A stretch of DNA of 57,718 nucleotides from a virus (Duplodnaviria; Caudoviricetes). Below, piece by piece: positions 15,925 through 23,700 of the stretch. The notes under the pieces were generated by a model. It did not search any database, was not told the DNA's origin, and saw only the letters and a program-made list of their open reading frames with translations. Positions within the stretch are counted from its first letter, which is position 1. Each line of letters begins with the position of its first letter. The stretch covers positions 1 to 57,718 of the IMG/VR virus record IMGVR_UViG_3300025769_000008; one strand, 5' to 3'. Made by a program: the position numbers and the translations under genes.

Positions 15925-16974
15925 TCAGACTTCTAAGTCAGAATTTTCTACCTTAAATTCTCCATAGGTAGAAGTATCTTTTAACTCAGGTCTCGCTCCA
16001 GTCACAGAACGCACAAAGAAGATTCCAAACTCAGGGGAAGGAAACTTATTTATGAAGTTGAGACTATTCTTAAAATGGCTTGTGACGTTGTTGTCATTCG
16101 CTTCTTTAATCACAGTCACTAATGCACAGATCGTAGCGTAGCAAATGCCCCCATGATCAGGAACATCTACTTCAAGACCTTCGACTATTCGGTCAAGATC
16201 AGGCACATCATTTTTAAGAGCTAAGAAAGACATAAATTCAATTGAAGCAGTCTCGCCAATATCACATTCACAAATCAATTGCTTCAGATCGTTGGAAGGA
16301 TTAGTCTTCAAAGTATCAGACAATCTTGTCCATGCTCTCGGTGAAGGCTGAGGAGTTTTGACTTTTGGGTCAAAGACATTCAACCACTCAGGCTGAAAGT
16401 TGATATAACCCAATACATCAGGATGCACATCATTATCAACCGCCCATTTCAACCAGTCATCCGTATTGTGTTCAAAGTTAATAATTGAACAACGACCAAC
16501 CACATGAGAAGGCAGAGCATTGCTACCCGCCCTGTCGGATGATCTGTTACCCGCACAGATAACTTTCCACCCTTCGGGCAAGATGTACTCGCCCAATCTT
16601 CTCTCGTAAATGATCTGTCCTACTATGGCTTGTACACTCGGATGAGCCTGTGCATATTCATCAAAGAATAAAACACCCTCACCACCAATCGGAAGATTAC
16701 CTAAGAAGGCTCGCTTCTGTTGGTTATCGTCACCAATATAAGGCAGACCACCAAGGTCAACGGATTCATAAAGAGATAGCCTAAAGTCAATCCACCCAAA
16801 CTGCTTCGCAGTTGGATTGATTTCATCTGAAACAATCTCTCTATCGTTAGCTAGTTCCTCCGCAAGTTGTTTAACAACCGCAGATTTACCAACACCAGTT
16901 CCTCCTAAGAGGAAGGGGGCATTGCCCCCATTTAATACAGACTTCATTATCTGTAATGCTTTACTAGGATACAT
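15925..16974 (-). CDS. MoxR-type AAA+ ATPase
   Basis: Walker A GGTGVGKS, Walker B LFFDEY, AGNR sensor, SPRAW; GGAGG RBS. Confidence 0.9.
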   Translation of the reverse strand: MYPSKALQIMKSVLNGGNAPFLLGGTGVGKSAVVKQLAEELANDREIVSDEINPTAKQFGWIDFRLSLYESVDLGGLPYIGDDNQQKRAFLGNLPIGGEGVLFFDEYAQAHPSVQAIVGQIIYERRLGEYILPEGWKVICAGNRSSDRAGSNALPSHVVGRCSIINFEHNTDDWLKWAVDNDVHPDVLGYINFQPEWLNVFDPKVKTPQPSPRAWTRLSDTLKTNPSNDLKQLICECDIGETASIEFMSFLALKNDVPDLDRIVEGLEVDVPDHGGICYATICALVTVIKEANDNNVTSHFKNSLNFINKFPSPEFGIFFVRSVTGARPELKDTSTYGEFKVENSDLEV

Positions 16975-17025
16975 AAGAACCTCCATTCTATTTATCTAGT
17001 TAATGTTGCTAGCACCACGCTAGCA

Positions 17026-17086
17026 CCTATACGAACCCAACCAAAGTTAAGTTCGTTTCATAGCATTTCAGCTAATCATCAGTAGG
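17026..17086 (-). ncRNA. Hammerhead ribozyme HH3 (type I)
   Basis: CCUA-CUGAUGA-UUAGC-UGAAAU-GCUAU-GAAA-CGAACUUAAC-UUUG-GUUGGGUUCG-UA^UAGG; predicted cut between 17030 and 17029 (GUA). Confidence 0.85.
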
Positions 17087-17264
17087 CTTTCTCAGGTATG
17101 AAAGGAACGACTTCCAACTCATACCCAAGGCTCTCGATTACCGCAACGTGGTAATCATTAAAAGTCTTTGATCTTGTCAGCTTTGCTAACTTCTCAGCAG
17201 TATCGCAAACAGGATAAAGAAGGTAATTCCCAAACACATTTTTCCAAACGACTTTAATCTTCAT
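17079..17264 (-). CDS. Small hypothetical protein
   Basis: GGAGG RBS; VVWKNVFGNYLLYPVCDTAEKLAKL pattern. Confidence 0.7.
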   Translation of the reverse strand: MKIKVVWKNVFGNYLLYPVCDTAEKLAKLTRSKTFNDYHVAVIESLGYELEVVPFIPEKAY

Positions 17265-17606
17265 TTAGACCTCCACCTTAGTGAAATACCATTGATCAGA
17301 ATCAATAGGCATTTGAGTATTATCTATATGGTCAACAAGGTAAGTCTGTCCTTTGATTTTACTTAAAGACATTTTGCCCTCAAACACATCTAGAACCGCA
17401 TTGATTCTCGCTCTAGTTGTTGGAGTATCCCAACCGCATAAAGTGAATTGAACCAATGTTGAATCCTTGAGGTTTCCTTCAGGCATGATTCTCACAATCT
17501 GATTACCATGCAACCAAACACCTTCACTTGTAACAACAGTATTACCGCCTTTAAAATCCTTAGATTCATAAAGAGCAACCGCACAATTTTTATCTATATT
17601 TCTCAT
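17265..17606 (-). CDS. Hypothetical early phage protein
   Basis: GNTVV...LHGNQI...GWDTPTTRARINA motif; GGAGG RBS. Confidence 0.75.
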   Translation of the reverse strand: MRNIDKNCAVALYESKDFKGGNTVVTSEGVWLHGNQIVRIMPEGNLKDSTLVQFTLCGWDTPTTRARINAVLDVFEGKMSLSKIKGQTYLVDHIDNTQMPIDSDQWYFTKVEV

Positions 17607-17637
17607 AGTTTTCTAACCTCCATAGTTAGTTATTAGT

Positions 17638-17692
17638 TATCTGTTTCATCCTTTTGGAATCGTCAGCCAAGGTACACACCTTGATACAGATA
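17638..17692 (-). ncRNA. Hammerhead ribozyme HH4 (type III)
   Basis: UAUCUG-UA^UCAAGGU-GUGU-ACCUUGG-CUGACGA-UUCC-AAAA-GGAU-GAAA-CAGAUA; predicted cut between 17685 and 17684 (GUA). Confidence 0.9.
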
Positions 17693-17722
17693 GGGGATAC
17701 TTATTAGGCATCCCCCACTTTT

Positions 17723-18103
17723 TTATTGATCTAATCTCTTTCCTCTGAAGTGATTCTCATCTTCTTCAATCAGAGCATGAATGTCTGCATTAGCCATATC
17801 CATGACATTCTGAAAACCTACGCTTCCTACTCTGTAGATGTCTCCGTTAAAGATCATCCTATCACCTACAGAAGTAGACCTATATTCAGCACCTCTAACA
17901 AAGGTAGATACACTAGAATTCTTAGTCCAAGACTCTTCTATGTTTTGAGTCTGTGCATAAGCAAATTCTAAAGCTTCAGTACCTTCACGCTCTCCCACAT
18001 TTACAAGACCAACGACTTCAGGTTTATCGAAAGTTTTACGACCTCCAAAGTCTTCAGTCATTAAAAATGCAGTATGGATAACAGTTATAAGATTTATTTT
18101 CAT
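17723..18103 (-). CDS. YodL-like domain protein
   Basis: RSTSVGD...YRVGSVGF resembles the YodL RSLSVSD...YYVD..GF motif; GGAGG RBS. Confidence 0.55.
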   Translation of the reverse strand: MKINLITVIHTAFLMTEDFGGRKTFDKPEVVGLVNVGEREGTEALEFAYAQTQNIEESWTKNSSVSTFVRGAEYRSTSVGDRMIFNGDIYRVGSVGFQNVMDMANADIHALIEEDENHFRGKRLDQ

Positions 18104-18138
18104 TGTTTTAATCCTCCACGAATTAAGTTAGTTAATTT

Positions 18139-18188
18139 ACTGTTTCTGCTTTCGCTTCATTCAGGCTAGATACACATCTAGCGACAGT
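18139..18188 (-). ncRNA. Hammerhead ribozyme HH5 (type III, variant core)
   Basis: ACUG-UC^GCUAGAU-GUGU-AUCUAGC-CUGAAUGA-AGC-GAAA-GCA-GAAA-CAGU; one extra nucleotide in the core and a minimal stem II; predicted cut between 18183 and 18182 (GUC). Confidence 0.72.
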
Positions 18189-18189
18189 T

Positions 18190-18475
18190 GGAGGACTGTC
18201 CTCAAAGTTTCGGAATATGTCTCTTTAATGTTTCGTTCCAATTAGGTATCTCTCGATAGCTAAACGACATACTCGTTCCCTTTGAGTTGTATGAGTCTTG
18301 CTTCTTCGGTTATCTTGCACCTAACCTTTACACTCTCTCACACTAGCCACTTTCTTAGGCGGATTCAGTTGCGACCTTCACTATATTTGAACCTAATCGC
18401 ATCCTACTTCTAGAACCTTCAATCTCTCGTGAGACTGGCAGACCTTTTAAGGAGGGTGACTCGTTTGCTCCGTAG
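18190..18475 (-). ncRNA. Putative ~290-nt structured leader/non-coding RNA
   Basis: No ORF in the track; multiple nested stems, with G-U wobbles favouring the minus strand; lies between the promoter and HH5. Confidence 0.55.
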
Positions 18476-18480
18476 GAGCA

Positions 18481-18508
18481 ATCTTAACACAGAAGCACAT
18501 CATTGCAA
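18481..18508 (-). promoter_or_regulatory. Putative sigma70 early promoter
   Basis: TTGCAA-16nt-TAAGAT with an extended -10 TG, upstream of the leftward operon. Confidence 0.55.
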
Positions 18509-18592
18509 ATCATATTAGCTAGCAGACTGTGAGCATACCCAAATACTCCTTACTGGTAGATAATAATTAACAGGTAATAGGAGAACAGAACC

Positions 18593-19084
18593 ATGACAGA
18601 CAAGACAGAGAAACCGAACCTCAAGATCGTGAACAAAGACACAGACCTAACCATAAAGCAGAGGGCATTCGTAGACGAGATTATCAGGGGCAAGTTAGGA
18701 AGCTATAAGGAAGCTTACGCAAAGGTATATGACGTTACGCTAACCAAGACAGGGAAGATACCTAAGTGGGTAGAGGTAGAAGCAAGCAAGCTTGTAGCTA
18801 ACCCTAAGATAGCACTAAGCTTACATAAGGCTATACAGAGGAAAGAGGATGTTGCAGTTGCTTCTTCCCTACGTACAAGAAACTACGTTCTTGAAAGGCT
18901 CATGTCAGAGAGTAAAGAAGCAGATAGCGATGCAACAAGGGTCAGAGCATTAGAATTGTTAGGGAAGACTGTATCGCTCTTTAACGACACCATAGAGATA
19001 AAGGAAGCAAGGGATAGCGAAACCATAGAAGAGGAGATAGAAGAGAAGATCATAGCCTTACTAAGTAAAGAGGAAGCAGAGTAA
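18593..19084 (+). CDS. terS: Terminase small subunit
   Basis: LTIKQRAFV...AY...ASKL..NPKI and RVRALELLGK motifs; upstream of terL. Confidence 0.8.
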   Translation: MTDKTEKPNLKIVNKDTDLTIKQRAFVDEIIRGKLGSYKEAYAKVYDVTLTKTGKIPKWVEVEASKLVANPKIALSLHKAIQRKEDVAVASSLRTRNYVLERLMSESKEADSDATRVRALELLGKTVSLFNDTIEIKEARDSETIEEEIEEKIIALLSKEEAE

Positions 19085-19483
19085 CCCCCCCTTTTGTTCG
19101 CAGAATCCACAGAGAGAGGACACCCCATACCCCCCTTGTGTGTGTACGGCTACCTGACTATCATATATACATAGTGATTCACACATTCATAGCTCTACTT
19201 TCATATACCCCCCCTATATATTGCATTTTGCTAGCAAGTTTTCACTAAGTACCCCCCCTTTCTTAGATAAAGACCTAGGATTCCTACACCCCCCATATTA
19301 TTTTTTCAAAAAAACAGTTGCTTTTTTTGTGAAGGGGGTGCAATATTGTAAAATCTGTAGGTATATATACCTAGTACATACCTAATACCCAGTTCCTACC
19401 TAATGAGTGCCTACCCTGTATGTACTTAATAAGTTTTTAATTTAAGAAGTATCTACTTAGTGGGTATATACTACATAGTAAGT

Positions 19484-20980
19484 ATGAATAAGAATGTTCT
19501 CAGTAAAGTAAAGAATTTATCTCCTGTAGAGAAGCAAGAGTTATTAGTTCTGTTAGAAGAACTAGAACAAGCGAAGAATAGGGAGAAATGCCACGAAGAG
19601 TTTATGTCCTTTGTTGGGGAGATGTGGTCAGCGTTTATTCATGGTAAACACCACGAGATAATGGCTGATGCGTTTGAAAGGGTCGCTAAAGGCGAATTAA
19701 AGCGTTTAATCATCAATATGCCCCCTAGACATACCAAGAGTGAGTTTGCCTCTTATTTGCTCCCTGCGTGGTTTCTAGGTAGGTTTCCTGATAAGAAGAT
19801 CATACAGACTGCCCATACTGCTGAATTAGCGGTTGGCTTTGGTAGAAAGGTCAGGAACTTAGTAAACAGTAACGATTACAAAGAAGTGTTTCCAGATGTT
19901 AGCTTGCAATCTGATAGCAAAGCAGCAGGAAGGTGGAATACTAATAAAGGCGGAGAATACTTTGCGATAGGGGTAGGTGGTGCAGTAACTGGTAAAGGTG
20001 CTGACCTACTTATTATTGACGATCCGCATTCAGAACAAGAAGGTGCAAGTGCCGATATAAACGTATTCAATAGAACATACGAATGGTACACATCTGGTCC
20101 GAGACAGCGTTTACAGCCAAATGGCTCAATTGTTGTGGTTATGACTCGATGGCACAATAAAGATTTAACAGGACAAGTGGTTGATGCTAGCATTAAACGT
20201 GGTGGTGCTGACCAATGGGAAGTCATAGAACTCCCAGCTATATTGCCTTCAGGTAATCCTTTGTGGGCTGAGTTCTGGAAAATGGAAGAATTACAGGCTC
20301 TAAAAGCCGAGCTACCCAACAGTAAATGGATGGCTCAATACCAACAAGACCCTACTTCTGAAGAAGGAGCTTTGGTAAAAAGGGAATGGTGGAAAATATG
20401 GGAAGGGAGAGAACCCCCTCATTGTGAATTTGTTATCCAGTCTTGGGATACAGCTTTTATGAAAAATCAAAGAGCTGACTTCTCTGCTTGCACAACGTGG
20501 GGTGTTTTTTACATGGAAGATGATGATGGTCTGCTAGCACCTAATCTTATATTGTTAGATGCGTATCAAGAAAGACTAGAGTTTCCTGAGTTGAAGAAAA
20601 TGGCTATGGAGAAGTACAGAGCCTATACACCTGATGCGTTTATAGTAGAAGCTAAAGCAGCAGGTATGCCTTTGATCTTTGAGTTAAGGGCAATGGGTAT
20701 TCCCGTACAAGAGTACACTCCAAGCAGAGGTAACGATAAGATATCAAGAGTAAATGCAGTATCTGATCTATTTGCTTCAGGAGTAATTTGGGCTCCAGAA
20801 ACCCGTTGGGCTGAAGAGACAATAGAACAATTTGCTGGATTTCCAAATATGGAGCATGATGATTTAGTTGATAGCACTACGCAAGCTCTGTTAAGATTCA
20901 GACAAGGTGGTTTTGTTTCATTGCATTCTGACGAAGAAGATGAACCTTTGGAACATAATCGTACTGCAAATTATTATTAG
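19484..20980 (+). CDS. terL: Terminase large subunit
   Basis: INMPPRHTKS Walker A, LLIIDDP Walker B, QSWDTA and HDDLVD nuclease motifs. Confidence 0.95.
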   Translation: MNKNVLSKVKNLSPVEKQELLVLLEELEQAKNREKCHEEFMSFVGEMWSAFIHGKHHEIMADAFERVAKGELKRLIINMPPRHTKSEFASYLLPAWFLGRFPDKKIIQTAHTAELAVGFGRKVRNLVNSNDYKEVFPDVSLQSDSKAAGRWNTNKGGEYFAIGVGGAVTGKGADLLIIDDPHSEQEGASADINVFNRTYEWYTSGPRQRLQPNGSIVVVMTRWHNKDLTGQVVDASIKRGGADQWEVIELPAILPSGNPLWAEFWKMEELQALKAELPNSKWMAQYQQDPTSEEGALVKREWWKIWEGREPPHCEFVIQSWDTAFMKNQRADFSACTTWGVFYMEDDDGLLAPNLILLDAYQERLEFPELKKMAMEKYRAYTPDAFIVEAKAAGMPLIFELRAMGIPVQEYTPSRGNDKISRVNAVSDLFASGVIWAPETRWAEETIEQFAGFPNMEHDDLVDSTTQALLRFRQGGFVSLHSDEEDEPLEHNRTANYY

Positions 20981-20988
20981 GATATTAA

Positions 20989-23472
20989 ATGGCAATAGAA
21001 AGACAACCAGCTACACCTGTAGATGGTCTTATAGAACAAGACCCAGAGGAAGCTGATATAAGTATCGCAATAGAAAACCCAGAATCAGTTGCTATTGAGA
21101 CTGATGATGGTGGCATGATTATTGACTTTGATCCTAATGCTTCACCTGTGGGTGACGAAGGATTTGATTCTAACTTAGCTGATTTCATGGATGATGATGT
21201 CCTAATGGAACTAGGTAACGAATTAGTAAGTGCTTATAACGGAGATAAAGAATCTCGTGCTGATTGGGAAGAGACTTACACAAAAGGCTTAGATCAACTA
21301 GGATTAAAGATAGAAGAAAGAACACAACCTTGGGCTGGTGCTTGTGGAGTATTTCACCCGATGCTTTCCGAGGCAGTAATACGATTTCAGTCACAATCTA
21401 TTACCGAGATGTTTCCAGCTCAAGGACCTGTTAAAACTAAGATAGTAGGCAAAATAACTGAAGCAAAAGAAAAACAAGCCAGAAGAGTACAAGACTATTT
21501 AAATTACTTACTGACATATGAGATGTCAGAATACAGAACTGAAACAGAGAAGATGTTATTTTCATTGCCTTTGGCTGGTTCAGCTTTTCGTAAAGTTTAC
21601 TTTGATCCTAGCTTAGATAGACCCAGTTCTATATTTGTACCAGCAGAAGATGTTGTAGTTAATTATGGTGCAAGTGATTTAGAGACTTGTGAACGTGCTA
21701 CTCATGTAATGCGTAAATCTTCTAATTCTGTTAGAAAAATGCAAGTTAATGGATTCTATAGAGATATAGAACTACCTGCTGGATCACAGAATACTTCTGA
21801 TATAACTAAAAAGTATAACGATATAACAGGGGAACAAGATACTTATAGCTATGATCAGAGCCATACCATATTAGAAATGCAAGTAGATTTAGACCTAGAA
21901 GGGTTTGAAGATACTAATGGTCAAGGTGAACAAACAGGTATAGCTATACCCTATGTTGTAACAATAGATTATCCAAGTGGAATTATATTAAGTATTCGTA
22001 GAAACTATTACGAAGATGATGCAAACAAACTCAGAAGAATGCACTTTGTTCATTATCAATACTTACCAGGTTTAGGATTTTATGGGTTTGGTTTAATACA
22101 TATGGTAGGTGGTTTAGCTAAATCAGCTACATCTATCCTTAGACAACTTGTAGATGCAGGAACATTATCTAATCTCCCTGGAGGACTCAAAGCACGAGGA
22201 CTGCGTATTAAAGGCGATGATACCCCCATTATGCCTGGAGAGTTTAGAGATGTAGATGTACCTGGTGGTGCTATTAGAGACAATATTACGTTTTTACCAT
22301 ACAAAGAACCATCAGGAACTCTATATCAACTTTTACAAAACATAGTTGAAGAAGGTAGAAGATTTGCCAGCATATCTGATATGAAGATATCTGACATGAA
22401 CAACCAAGCACCTGTAGGTACTACACTTGCCTTACTAGAACGTAATCAAAAAGTTATGAGTGCAGTACAAGCTAGACTTCATGCCTCTATGAGAAAAGAG
22501 TTTGATATTTTAGTAGGTATAGTTAAAGACTTTACTGAGCCTTCTTACCCATATGAAATGGATGATGAGGAGTTTATTAAAGGGTCAGACTTTGATAACA
22601 GAGTAGATATATTGCCTGTATCTGATCCAAATGCAGCAACAATGGCTCAAAGAATTATGCAGTATCAAGCTGCAATGCAATTGGCACAATCATCTCCTGA
22701 GATGTATAACTTACCAGAACTTCACAGACAAATGCTTGAAGTATTAGGCATAGAAGATGTAGATGCTATTGTTCCTGATGAAGATGATATTAAAGCTGTT
22801 GACCCAGTAACAGCAGTACAGAATTTAATTAATGGTAAACCTGTTAAAGCGTTTATTGAACAAGATCACGAAGCACATATTGCTACAGTAGCAGCAGCTC
22901 AACAAAATCCTGAAATAATGGAAATAGTTCAACAAAGTCCTAAAGCTCCTACTATTCTTGCAGCAGCTTCTGATTATGTAAATCAACATCTCACTATGCA
23001 ATATCGTAAAGAAGTTGAAAAAGAGATGGGTGTTGAGTTACCTCCTGAAGGTGAACCATTACCAGCAGATGTTGAGAAGCGTATATCAGCCCTTGTAGCT
23101 GAAGCTGCTCAAAGAGTCTTAGGAACATCTCAACAAAGAGCTGAACAAGAAAGAATTAGGCAACAACAACAAGACCCACTTATTCAAATGAAAGAAAGAG
23201 AAGTGGCTATTAAAGAAGGTGAGTTACAACGTAAAGCACAAGAGGGTCAAGCTAAGATTCAGCTAGAAGCAGCGAAAGCAGCCAATAGAGATGAAATAGA
23301 ACGTGAAAGGATATCTACACAAGCAGAAATAGCTGGAGCCAGAATAGGTCAGCAAACTGCTAGCGATTTGCTAGAAAATGCTCAAGATGATAAAAAACAA
23401 GCTTTAGAAGAATATAAACTTGGTCTTGACATGGCAAAAGATATAGTGAAAGATATCACTAAGAATGAATAA
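20989..23472 (+). CDS. Portal protein
   Basis: Follows terL; 827 aa with FYGFGLIH motif and a Gln-rich coiled-coil C-terminus as in podoviral portals. Confidence 0.85.
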   Translation: MAIERQPATPVDGLIEQDPEEADISIAIENPESVAIETDDGGMIIDFDPNASPVGDEGFDSNLADFMDDDVLMELGNELVSAYNGDKESRADWEETYTKGLDQLGLKIEERTQPWAGACGVFHPMLSEAVIRFQSQSITEMFPAQGPVKTKIVGKITEAKEKQARRVQDYLNYLLTYEMSEYRTETEKMLFSLPLAGSAFRKVYFDPSLDRPSSIFVPAEDVVVNYGASDLETCERATHVMRKSSNSVRKMQVNGFYRDIELPAGSQNTSDITKKYNDITGEQDTYSYDQSHTILEMQVDLDLEGFEDTNGQGEQTGIAIPYVVTIDYPSGIILSIRRNYYEDDANKLRRMHFVHYQYLPGLGFYGFGLIHMVGGLAKSATSILRQLVDAGTLSNLPGGLKARGLRIKGDDTPIMPGEFRDVDVPGGAIRDNITFLPYKEPSGTLYQLLQNIVEEGRRFASISDMKISDMNNQAPVGTTLALLERNQKVMSAVQARLHASMRKEFDILVGIVKDFTEPSYPYEMDDEEFIKGSDFDNRVDILPVSDPNAATMAQRIMQYQAAMQLAQSSPEMYNLPELHRQMLEVLGIEDVDAIVPDEDDIKAVDPVTAVQNLINGKPVKAFIEQDHEAHIATVAAAQQNPEIMEIVQQSPKAPTILAAASDYVNQHLTMQYRKEVEKEMGVELPPEGEPLPADVEKRISALVAEAAQRVLGTSQQRAEQERIRQQQQDPLIQMKEREVAIKEGELQRKAQEGQAKIQLEAAKAANRDEIERERISTQAEIAGARIGQQTASDLLENAQDDKKQALEEYKLGLDMAKDIVKDITKNE

Positions 23473-23668
23473 TGATATCACACAGCTATCACTTTCAGAG
23501 CATCTGAAAATAAAGCTGCGTGGTATGATGAATGAACATGCTGATCATATAGCTTCTGGAGCTTGTAAGAACTTTGATGAGTATCAGAAGATGACTGGCA
23601 TAATCGAGGGATTAGCCCTTGCAGAACGAGAACTGTTAGATTATATCGAAAGAGTTCTCACAGAATAG
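23465..23668 (+). CDS. Hypothetical protein
   Basis: EYQKMTGIIEGL small protein typical of the post-portal position. Confidence 0.7.
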   Translation: MNNDITQLSLSEHLKIKLRGMMNEHADHIASGACKNFDEYQKMTGIIEGLALAERELLDYIERVLTE

Positions 23669-23700
23669 GAACTCGACTCCTTAAAGTCGTGCAAAAAAAA

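Noticed and set aside
13273-18188. Intergenic repeats as CRISPR repeats, REP elements or plain terminators
   Set aside because: No spacer array and no cas genes; only the hammerhead core nucleotides are conserved while stems covary, and there are no terminator-style U-tracts after a single hairpin.
18465-18481. TTGCTCC-GTA-GGAGCAA hairpin on the template strand, resembling an N4 virion-RNAP promoter
   Set aside because: Single copy, no virion RNA polymerase motifs recognised in the giant protein, and an adjacent sigma70-like promoter explains transcription. It may instead be an operator.
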